Position numbers and translations under genes: made by a program. Under the pieces are notes generated by a model that ran no database searches, was not told the DNA's origin, and saw only the letters and a list, made by a program, of their open reading frames with translations. Positions 24,701-34,719 of a DNA stretch of 64,000 bases are shown here, one piece after another. This DNA is from Saccostrea echinata (lineage: Eukaryota). Each line of letters opens with the position of its first letter. Within the stretch, counting starts at the first letter, position 1. The stretch covers positions 7,812,001 to 7,876,000 of the forward strand of contig NW_026889813.1 in the NCBI RefSeq assembly GCF_033153115.1, given 5' to 3'.

Positions 24701-26968
24701 ATATGTCGATTCGATATATCCCAGTGAACTTGAAATAAAAGACACCACAGAGTCTGACACATCTGTTTCATATCTTGATATTTTACTTCAAAATAACGTC
24801 AATGGTAACTTAACAACAAAACCTTATGATAAACGTGATGACTTGAACTTTTCTAACGTCAATTTTGCTTACTTATGAAGCAATATAGCCTTATCGCCTG
24901 CGTATAGGTTTATGTCTCCAGGTTGATTCGATACGCAAGAACACGCTCTACGTACGATCAATTTCTAAAACGAGGCAAGTTATTAATTTACAAGTTGATG
25001 AAACAAGGATATGAATAGTCTCGTTTGAAGTCATCATTTCGCAAGTTCTTCTATGGTCGATACAATGACTTTATCAGCAAATACTATCTATCATTAGATC
25101 AAATAATGACTGACGTTTTTCATACTACTTGTTAAGCCATTATTTGCACACTGAAATTTTTAGGGATTTTTCTTTTTACCCGATTATGTGACCGGCGGGT
25201 ATGACCGATCGACAGGGGATGCTTACTTCTCCATGGCACCTGATCCCACTTCTGATGTGTTTCGAAGGTCCTTCTTTGCTCTGCTCCTGATTTGTATAGT
25301 TTGAATGGACTTATGAGGTTGAACACTGTTCCTTATCTCCATATTTCATTAATCAAATTTTCCTTTCATAAATTTAGTATCTAGGTTTTAAATCTTAGAT
25401 CAAAGTATGTAAGTTTTTATTGTAGTAAATCAAAGAGGTTTTACTTTACTAAATCAAAATATAACAGAAAACAAAGTATCTGAATTTTCACCAAAAAAAT
25501 CATCATAGTACTTTCTATGACAATCAATTTCTATATTTATTAACCCTATTCTCTGAAAGAAAGTCAGTGGACAAGTTTCATTGTAAATCAAAGTGTCATA
25601 GTAGAGTTTCAAAGTATCATTAACTCCAGATTTTTTTTCCTGAGTTGAAAGAAGAAGATTTCATCGAGAAACATAATTTCAATTCTGGAATTTTAACATC
25701 TTCGGTACAGCTTGAAAATACGGATATATATTTAATTGCTGTGGTAACATTTTGGAATTTATTTCAAAATTAAAGATTATCTCCCTCATGCATAACTCTG
25801 ATCCTTCAATGTATTTGGCTCCAGTTTTTGGCACGTTTTTCAGCTCATTCAACTCTTTTTTATTTAAATATTTTGGATTTCCAACGTTTCGGCTTGAGCA
25901 TCACTGAAGAGACAAAATTTGTCGAAATGTCCATCTGGTGCATCAAAATTGGTACCGTATATGATTTAAATGTAACGAGCTACAATAGTTATTGAAAAAA
26001 TAGTTCTCCTTTTAAATGGTTCAGAACAGCTCTAATTCTTGCGCCTGCGTGCGTTTTTTCTGAAGAAATGAAGGATAAGTACAGAATGTCTTAAATACTA
26101 GTACATTATTTATTTTTTTTTTTTAAGATTTTTATCAGTATTTCAGAATCTATATACGTTAAGGTTTGTTTCAGGGAAATACTTCTTCCAGGCTGATTAC
26201 CTTGCTGTCGTTGGGGTCAATCATACAAAGTCAGCTAGCGAAGCAGAGACATCTACTACAGAGCAGGATCTAACAACATTAAGAGATTTTACTATCACTA
26301 GTGATATAGCTACCAGCAATGCTAATAGCATCACAGATGTCACTACTCACGTGATACATAGTAGTCCAACATCATTAGGAGCTTCTACCATCACTGGTGA
26401 TATAGCGACCGACAATGCTAAAAGCATCACAGACGTTACTACTCACGTGATACATAGTAGTCCAACAACATTAGGAGCTTCAACCATCACTGGTGATATA
26501 GCGACCGACAATGGGCAAAGCATCACAGACGTCACTACTCACGCGATACATAGTAGTCCAACAACATTAGGAGCTTCTACTATCACCTATGATATAGTGA
26601 CGGACAATGCTAAAAGCATCACAGACTTCACTACCCACGTGATATATAGTAATAATGATGGAAATGTGTCCCAATCAGATCCTCTGTGCACGTGTGTGTG
26701 TGAAAGGAATGGGGTAAATATAACTAAAGAAGAACTACAGAAAAAGATAGAAAAGATTGAGCGCCATCTCAGAGTTAATAAAAAGGAACTCTCCTCAACC
26801 TATCGGAAACTAATCAGTGCGCCCGACCCTCGGCCTTCCTCTAAAAGTATCGGGGCAAGCGGTGTCGTCGTGATGCTAATTTTTGTGGGGGTGATTATTT
26901 TGATGGACCTCAGCAACCTCCAAGTGATAGTGGAATATTGGTCATCGCTAGGTACTCATCAAAAGTGA
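12752..26968 (+). CDS. WSC-domain single-pass membrane glycoprotein, paralog 1 (~650 aa visible; start exon not located)
   Basis: Exons 12752-12933, 13480-13628, 13922-14061, 17544-17680, 18452-18605, 21677-21756, 22551-22733, 23250-23379, 26175-26968. All are GT-AG with phases 0,2,1,0,1,0,0,1 and no internal stop. Exons 4-5 give a WSC pattern (YIAC...MSVQGCQEKC...LMQTGYKCYCG...KCDENCPNSNDRCG...VAVY). The last exon has Thr/Ser repeats, CTCVC, a coiled coil, SAPDPRPSS and the TM GVVVMLIFVGVIILM. Every exon is conserved in paralog 2. Confidence 0.88.
14068..14446 (-). mobile_element. Short Helentron-derived insertion just downstream of the exon-3 donor (copy 1 only)
   Basis: Starts AACAAG plus hairpin GCTGTCA-ATG-TGACAGC. 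It is absent at the paralogous site (~42343), where the flanks join directly. Confidence 0.6.
15438..15762 (+). mobile_element. tRNA-derived SINE (Meta-domain-type bivalve SINE)
   Basis: Degenerate tRNA head, body GTCACGGGTCTTTCGGATGAGACCTTAAAAACCGAGGTCCC...CCCTCACTGCTC, and a (CAATCAAA)n tail. Copies at 19443, 50866 and 52590. Confidence 0.75.
18015..18205 (+). mobile_element. Naiad-type Penelope 3'-end fragment
   Basis: GGCGGGTGTTACCGGT...GGATGCTTACTCCTCCTAGGCACCTGATCCCACCTCTGG, the motif that follows the RT stop at 25190 and 43080. Confidence 0.75.
19443..19797 (-). mobile_element. Near full-length tRNA-derived SINE (same family as 15438)
   Basis: The minus-strand head has GGTAGCTCAGTCGGTAGA and GTTCGAATCTC; the tail is (TTGA)n on the + strand. 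Confidence 0.85.
20160..21156 (-). mobile_element. Possible solo LTR
   Basis: A TGTAAC...ATTACA-bounded ~1-kb block interrupts the repeat array, with TATATAA and AATAAA on the minus strand. No clear TSD. Confidence 0.35.
21923..22216. mobile_element. Small Kolobok-like MITE (TTAA sites)
   Basis: TTAA-GGATGAAGTTCACTCT ... AGACTGAACTATTAACTCC-TTAA, imperfect TIRs. Confidence 0.5.
24240..25350 (+). mobile_element. Naiad-type Penelope-like element, 3' part (RT C-terminus and 3' end), inactive
   Basis: Frameshifted RT motifs: TYNFSTIYTTIPHDKLKSRF, QQSVGIPW(M)G, VDSIYPSELEIKDTTESDTSVSYLDILL, YDKRDDLNFS, RLKSSFRKF. No C-terminal GIY-YIG follows. Confidence 0.85.
25898..25941 (+). ncRNA. Minimal type I hammerhead ribozyme motif
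   Basis: GCATCA (stem I), CTGAAGA core, GACAA/TTGTC stem II, GAAA, very short stem III, cleavage triplet ATC (25933-25935), TGGTGC (stem I'). It sits in a ~200-bp insertion absent from paralog 2. Confidence 0.75.
26272..26650 (+). repeat. Coding 96-bp (32-aa) tandem repeat, ~4 copies, mucin-like stalk
   Basis: Unit TTLGASTITGDIATDNAKSITDVTTHVIHSSP is repeated in frame in the last exon of paralog 1. Confidence 0.9.
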
Positions 26969-27157
26969 ATATGCGGATGAAATATAGTGAAATCGATCAA
27001 GAAACTGTATTTTTGACAAAGAGTAAAGAATTTGACCTTAAAATACCATTTCCCTAAAGATTTAAAGAGCTTATAAAAAGCCTTGTAATGCTCAGGGATA
27101 GCAGTAATTTATCGCTAACCTAATAAGCTCTTGAGTAGCGCAGCAGCATTTTAAATT

Positions 27158-28764
27158 TGTAAGATATAAAAATGATGCGCAATATAATCAAAGTCAATTT
27201 CATCAGACCTGTGCAGAATCCATGAACTCAATATATAATCAAGATTAATCAAGGTTTCAAATATATGATTCATTTTATTCAATAACATTATAATATATAA
27301 AAATCAACAATAGATCAAATATTCTCTCACACAACTCATTCATTCATAATTAGAATCAATTTAAATATAATCAAAATTATGTATCGCCAGAACTACTTTA
27401 AAACCTCCCAAAAATAAAGGGGCTGAACCAAGGGGAATAACTCTAGTTGAATAATCCCGTAACGAAACATTTTATTTAATGTAAACAGGATTTAATAAAT
27501 ACCATTTGTGAACTGAGTTAAATTACTCAATTGTTCACTATGGTTGCCTATCTGTGACTAATGAATACATTTACTGATTCTAATAATTACCAAAGTGAAC
27601 ATACAGTTAAATTACTGTTTCATTCACATGGTTGTCCCTACTTGAAGTATAAATAAAACAACTAAACCACAAGTGTATATCACAGTTTATTTACTGCCTT
27701 GATATACGTATGGTTAATAATTAATTAATAATTAATTAATAATAAGTCATTTGTCAAAAATTCTAAAGAGTAAAATATGACTAAAAAAATAATCAAAAGT
27801 TTACTTAAAATAATTAAATTTACTCTAAATCAATTTTAAAAGATTTCTTAATCAAAAATAAATAAAATATCAATGAATTTCAATCAAATTAAAAATCAAT
27901 AAATTTCCGAAAAATATCCTAACTCAATAAATAATCACGGAAATAATAACTTACAGTTAAATCACTGCATCAGTCATTATCCCTGCGATTTAAATAAATA
28001 AAACCCTAATCCAAACAAATAAATAAAAGAAAAACAAAAATAAAAAAAAAATTCAAAAAAAAACTAAAATAAATTGGAACGTCAAAACGTACCAACTATC
28101 CTCCTAAAACCAAAGGAAAAAAAGGTGACTGCCAGACGTCAAACCTCTGTATTTATACCAAATACCAAACGATAGTCAAATATCGCGGCAACATCGATAA
28201 TCGATCATGTGATCAAAATTGTGACATGTGATAGGATAACACAAAAAAAAATCGCTTTTGGACAAGCGCCACCTAACGTGTGATACAAGAAATCGTTGTA
28301 AATAACTGATAAATTTATCAATTCAATGTTTTCCAATTCTCAGTAAATAAAGCAACATAAAACAAGATAACAATTAAATTATCGAGTACTATATATATTA
28401 AACAACTTTCAATCAATAATTTCAATAATACACAATGTGAACCCAACTATTGACCACATCAAATAATCAATATTCAAGCGTAAATTTATCATCTACATGA
28501 ACAGTGAGCTAACCGGAAACGAGCAGGCAGAAAAACATGTGGCTGCATATACTCTTTACATTCAGGTCAAATAGCAAAGGTAACATTAATTAACTTAGAT
28601 TAAACGTAATAACACATTAGGTACAACAAAATATCATTGATATCAACAATCAAGACGAAACAAAAGATAAAAACGAATTCATGCACAGTCCGAATTTCCT
28701 CGACATTGTTTACGTATACTAATACACTATAACTAGTATTCTAGACTTCTACATCATGTCATAA
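27158..28764 (-). mobile_element. Possible long solo LTR
   Basis: TGTAA...TAACA-bounded, strand-biased A/C-rich block absent from copy 2, with TATAAA and AATAAA on the minus strand. Boundaries uncertain. Confidence 0.3.
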
Positions 28765-29277
28765 CACAAACATATTATTTAAAAACAAGCTGTTTACATC
28801 TTATTATTTTAATTATAAGCACTGGGTGTATGAAAACTACATCAACCCGCTCCAAATCACCATAATGTACAATAAATATTACAGTCATTGACCCTATTGG
28901 ATAGAAAAAATCAACCCGCTCCAAGTACGTACAAAAATAGCAAAATATTACAGTCATTGATGCAGCATGGTTTAGTAACCACTGTCATGGATGAAACAAT
29001 AAGCTACACTGTGTCATATAACATTATTGTATAAGTAAAAAGCAAGAAGGGGGGGGGATACATTCATCACAAGCCTGTTGGAATCTAATTTTTAAACGTA
29101 GACAATGAATGTTTTATTTTTTTAGATATAAGGTTATTTAAGTTTTTTTTTAAAATGAAATTATTAGGGCTCAATCGTCACACATTACCAGATAAAACCA
29201 ATGGACGTGAAAGAAAAATGTCGATAGAACGCAATTTACTGGAAATACGTTGGGGGAAGTCATGTCTCGCCGCTTTG

Positions 29278-29817
29278 GGGGCTCTTTCAACCACGTATGA
29301 AGGTATCAAACGGACAAAAACCGAACGATTTTAAGAGTTGTACTGTACAAGGAACGATCAACTAAGACCACCGTTTTTAGTACAAGTACCGTTTAAAACG
29401 AATGTTCAATGCATAAGTAACTGACAAAACGGTTTTCGAACTTTTAAGTAACAGTCATATTGGTGTCCAGAGCACGTCCGGATTATCTGTTTCACGACTA
29501 TTTATTGTCCAGTTGTCACTCAGCTCCAACGTGCATCAACGTAGTCAGAACGGTCACGTACATGAGACTAAGAGCATACTTGCCTTCTCTAAACGGATCA
29601 ATTTTAACCGGATACCTTAGTCTGTTGGTGTTTGTTCCATGTTCCAACTTTTGAACGTGTTTAAACTTATCGACGAATAAAACGAACTTCACTTAACTTC
29701 TCCGGAAACTGAACGTATTCACCGAATAAGAAACGGGTGAGAAACGAAGAACGGATTGAAAAATTAGCTATCCTTATGACGCCTATTAAAGCTATCCGGT
29801 TAGGTGGGACTGAGCCC
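29278..29817. mobile_element. Degenerate MITE with GGGCTC termini (Harbinger-like)
   Basis: GGGCTCTTTCAACCAC ... GTGGGACTGAGCCC imperfect TIRs with an AACGG-rich interior. Confidence 0.4.
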
Positions 29818-29821
29818 TTAA

Positions 29822-30830
29822 GGTAGAACCTATGTCGGAAAAGTCTTTGTCCCAAGATTTTCAATTTTTTCAAAATGATAAATTAGCACTCGCTTATCAA
29901 TCAGTTAAAAATGTATGGTATGTTTCCTTGTTATTGAATGTACTGCAGTCTGTGCAATTTGGAATGATAATTTTACACTGCGACTACAATTTTTCAGCCA
30001 TTTTTAGGGGTAATGGTCATAAAGAGAATATAATAAATCACTAAAATACTTCTTCAAACATCTTCGTTTATAGACTTTATGAACTGAACGGTATTAAGCA
30101 ATAGTATTCAAGAATAAATTCTTTTTTATTCAATTGACATAAAAGATTAAGTCCACATTTCAACGAATATAGGCAAATGTGCTCAATATTTTTTGAGTCA
30201 ATTTACCACCTAAATTTGTAAATAATTTTCAAACGTCTTTGTCAGAATGTTTTCAATATTTAAGATGATGAAGAACGTACCCAAATAATTACAAAAAGTG
30301 ATCAAAATATATACCTTTCCCCGCAAAGGAATGAGAACACTCTATTTATCCATACTTCTTTTGTTGACCTTTTTGCACTTACACAGGATTTAATTATTAA
30401 ATGACTGTTTTGGGGTTACGTTCAGATTTACAGTGTAAATATTTATCAAAAATTGTTTTTTTTTTAATTAAAAAAGATAATATTCTAGGGAAACATTATT
30501 ATTATACACCGACCATCATGAATAATTAACAAATAATTATGAAAGGAATGCACATCATTTCATTAGAGACATTACAAAATTTACATACAATTTTTAACAG
30601 ATCTTTGACTCAGACATATTTCATCAAAATATTGTACTATTTAGATTTTTTAGGATTTTTTGATTTCCTTCAAAATAGTTGTATGTCATTCACATTCTCT
30701 CAGATGTGTAACTTCATTACATGAGAGTCTTGAATAAAGTACGGGAAAAAGTAACATTAAATTAATTATGACGTCATAATGGTTCTAGACTCATTAACTC
30801 CGTATGACGTCATACGACGTAGGTTCTACG
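29822..30830. mobile_element. Kolobok-like non-autonomous DNA transposon
   Basis: TTAA-GGTAGAACCTATGTCG ... CGACGTAGGTTCTACG-TTAA. Confidence 0.8.
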
Positions 30831-31363
30831 TTAAAGTAGACAAAATCTCGGTTGCTAATACTTGATTATAAAATAAACTCACCTAATTCTGGTCAAATAT
30901 AATCCTATAATCTTTCACAAATTGTGTCATCCACTGTTTATATTCTGTCAATCTAAGGGCTGTTCAGTCTAACTTTACAAAGTTACCATGAAATTAAAAT
31001 CCTGCTATCCAGCGTGCAGTGTTTAGACCCTCCTTAATTTGTTACTTGAAATATATCATATTGCTTAAGTTTTAATTATTGAAAAGAAACTAACTCTCAA
31101 AATAATTCTTTATTAAAAACTGTGGTTTCGAGTATGATATGGAATATTAATTTTATTTTGATTAAATATTGGTGATAATGGAAAAAAATTGCAGACTGGT
31201 TCCGTACAGCTTTTGAGTGCATATCTCTATTATATCTATAAATGCAAGTACATGTACTGTATAAAATTGTCAGCTGCTAATATAAATATCTTTGAACCAA
31301 GGGGGCAACAAATAGAGTTAACCAAAGAAAGCAAGAAAAAGAACTGTCAACAGACGGTAAGAG

Positions 31364-31452
31364 TTAAGGCCTATACCGAATGTGTCTGTAAATCAGTGAG
31401 AGGACACTACAAATAAAGTAAGCAGCACAAACAAGATAATTCCAGCACCTTC
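31364..31452 (-). pseudogene. Truncated, frameshifted remnant of the last exon of the convergent gene at 63592-63866
   Basis: The minus strand reads GAGIILFVLL, a 1-nt shift, then FICSVLSLIYRHIRYRP*, versus GVGIITFMLITIVCSDFPLLYRHIRYGP*. The 3' flank (AAAGAACTGT.AACAG...AAGAGTTAAGG) also matches. Homology stops at ~31450. Confidence 0.8.
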
Positions 31453-32123
31453 AGCGTCTGATTCAGTTTCCTGTCTCGTATGTGGAATCTGACTCAAATG
31501 AGTTCATAAGATTAAATTCTCGTACGATTATGTCTTTTTAAAATGTCAATTTATTGTCACTTTAAAGTGCAAGTCAAGGACTTCTGATGCAACAGTAAGA
31601 AAGAGTGAAAAAAGACAGACTTAAATTGACTCTCTTTTGAGAGAACTTTAAAAGAACATGATAAATGAAGTGTCCAGGACAGAATTCAATAGGACTATTG
31701 GATACAAAGTAGTGCCAGAGTAGTCATGTAAGATATACAGATGTACCTTTTATACTCGCAAGTCGTATGTATTTTTTTTTAGATTCTTTTGGAGGGATTT
31801 GCCATTGACCCGCGTATAAGTCGGAAACTTTTTAGTTAGTATCGGTTGACAATGTTCTGATGTTTTCACCTGGTTTCAGTTCATATTTTCAGATATGACA
31901 CCGATATTTAATTTTAAAACATATGACGCCGATATTTAATTTCAAATCATAAAAAAAGTAATGCAGACCTGAGATAAAAAAAAATAATTATTAAAATATG
32001 AAAATGCTAGTACTTTATGTCTTATCTAAGACTATAAATTATATAATTTATCCATACTTTGTTCAAAGATAATCGTCAAAAATGTGTATTTAATACTACA
32101 TTTCGCCCTCCATAAATCACCAA

Positions 32124-32156
<33 letters not shown>

Positions 32157-33030
32157 ACTCATATATCACTGTTTAAGCGACACTGTGACGCAAAAAAGAA
32201 AAAAAAAGAAAAAATGACAAAAATAGAATTTTTGTATGAAACCTGAAAATTTTGTCCAATGCATAAAGTATAAGATTTCAAAAAAATTGCAGGCTTCAGA
32301 ACCTTAAAAATCTACTTTTTTTTGGAGAAAAGAATTGTCAAGACGAAAATATTACTTCACTTAAACAATTCAGCTAAATATCCTTAAATTATAAGTACTT
32401 TTTAATTTTACAAATTATTACTCAAGTTAAACTGAAAAAGAATTATCATACTTTTTAAAGATAGTCAATAAACTTTTTAACAAAAGTCATTTGTCTTCGT
32501 AGCCTTTCTCATAGATGGGTAGTCTTCTTAAAGTATTGTTTTAATTTTTTTTTAATTTGACTCAAATAGAAAATTTGGGATAAATTACACTTCATTATTC
32601 AGTTATTACTGAACTGACGTACTCAACAAAATACAAGTTCATGATATTGTGTAATTTTGAGGAACAAGGTTGATAAAAAAAAAATCGTTCAATTTAGGCA
32701 CTGTAAGTGATCATTTATCATGTAAGGGATCAAAGTATGAAACTTGGTAAAATCATGAAATATTTATGAATTTGTAAAAAGTTGTGCCTGGTAATTATGG
32801 ATTTCTCTACAGATGAATTGCAAGTGAAAAGTGAAAAAAAAGGAAGAAATATACACGAACCCGTTTCCGAGAAGTCAACACTTTTCAAAAGATGCAAGTA
32901 ATCACCTATATATTCTTAGTCATTCTAAGACCGACCTTGCATGGTTTTGGAAAACAAAAACATAGAAAATGGAACGGCAAATGACAGACAGAATTTGGTA
33001 TATGAGCAAAAAATTTTTTTACATCACTTT

Positions 33031-34691
33031 AAACTAGTTCTAATTGTAACGGAGACCGTTACATATGTTCCCCAAACGCTCCCCTATTCCCTTTGGGGCC
33101 CCGTTTCCTATATGCTTCAACAAATTAAGCAAAACCTTGGTATTATAGACTTTATCAACTTATTTTCAAAAGTATCTTGAAGAAATAACAATGCAAATAT
33201 AGCACAGTGAGCATAAGCAAATCTGATTTAATTACACGTGCAAGCACATGATTTCGAAAATTACCAAATACATGTATAAAATATGACTGAATATCACAAT
33301 AAAAAGCTCAGTTTAAGTTTCAAAGAATTTCCCTGAAAACAGAGAAAGTTACAGCAACATGAATATTAAGCAATCAAAAATCAGCGCATGTCTGATGATT
33401 GAATGATGTAGGAATTTGTATTATTTATATATACTCTGAATTTCATCCTCTTTCGTTAACAGTTAAGAACGTTATAAATACTAACATTCTTATACAATCA
33501 GATTTCAGCACAGTTGCTTGTGCGATTTCTAGATTTTTCACATATATATTCTTATAGTGGTTTATAACATATGCCAATGTCATAAATTTCAAATAATTAT
33601 ATTGAATAGTAGAGAAATACAATCTTTAAATTATCAGCCAATCAGATTTCAGCACACATCTTTGCATGTCTTTGTATTCAATTTTGATAGTAGCATAGTG
33701 TAGGAACCCATTTTACTTATCTATATTCTAAATTTCATTCTGGGTTTGTTTGTTTGTTTGTTTGTTTGTTTGTTTTTTTTTTTTTTTTTTTGAAAACTAA
33801 AGAAGTTATAGCCATTTAAAGTTTCAGCCAATCAAATTACAGAAATCGTGCATGCATTGTTTTCCAGATTTTCTGTATAACATTTTGTAGATAATTACCG
33901 TAGGAAGTAATGGAAAATTGCCAGTGTAGGGTATATGAGTGATCATTGAAAAAAAAAAATCTGCAATAGAATTTTTATTCATATTAAAGGACAATGTTAA
34001 CAAGACAATTTACCAGCAAATTATGCCAAAAAATAAAAAATAAATGGGTCATCGGCTTAGATTTTTCAGGGGGGGGGGGATGTCAAACTAAGGTGTAGGA
34101 CACATTTTGGGGGAAATTTTCAATGAAAATACCTTGGCCAAATAGATCAGTTATTTATAAAATCAATAAATGAATATAAATCGAAATATTTACAAAATTT
34201 TTGAATTGAATGGAGACGTTTGAATATCTTTAAAAGAATTAAAAATGTATATTTTTTCTAATCTTTTGCAATACATAATTAAGTCAATATGATTCAAGGC
34301 ATATGCGCGGTTTTATGCGCAGTGGCGCGAAATTTCGAATTAGGTCCATCGTCCTTAAGTCTGAGTCTGTTTCGTGATCCTGGGGCCAGGACGTCTTGTC
34401 TACACTACTAATATATCTTTATGTTTTGAGTTTCAAAGCATTTCTTCAAAAAATATAAAGTTATGGCTGTATTAAGTACATCAGTCATTTCACTCATTGC
34501 ACGCACACGCACGTGCAAAATGACCTTCCTTCCGCACATCTACACAACATTCCTGTTAACCCTCAAAAGGTTTTATATGAATCGAATAAGTAGTTTATGA
34601 GAACACTTGAGGACGACAGTGTATCGGAGAAGAAATTTTGAAAAAAGAAAGTAAAAACTATATGTTCTCAAACTTCGTTTGGGGAACATAA
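33031..34691 (-). mobile_element. Helentron-derived non-autonomous element
   Basis: AAACTAG plus hairpin TGTAACGG-AGA-CCGTTACA. SubTIR TATGTTCCCCAAACG is inverted at 34676-34690 (CGTTTGGGGAACATA). Absent in copy 1. Confidence 0.7.
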
Positions 34692-34719
34692 TACGCTATA
34701 AGTGATACCTATGTCATAC

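Larger units (their letters stand above)
5500..31452. repeat. Segmental tandem duplication, copy 1
   Basis: Collinear homology anchors to copy 2: 5600/32410, 7500/32716, 7970/34702, 8740/36480, 10450/38180, 11560/38850, all nine exons, and 31364/63592. Confidence 0.85.

Noticed and set aside
24240-25140. Selenocysteine read-through in the Naiad RT
   Set aside because: This copy has frameshifts and non-TGA stops, so decay explains the interruptions. I could not identify a SECIS.
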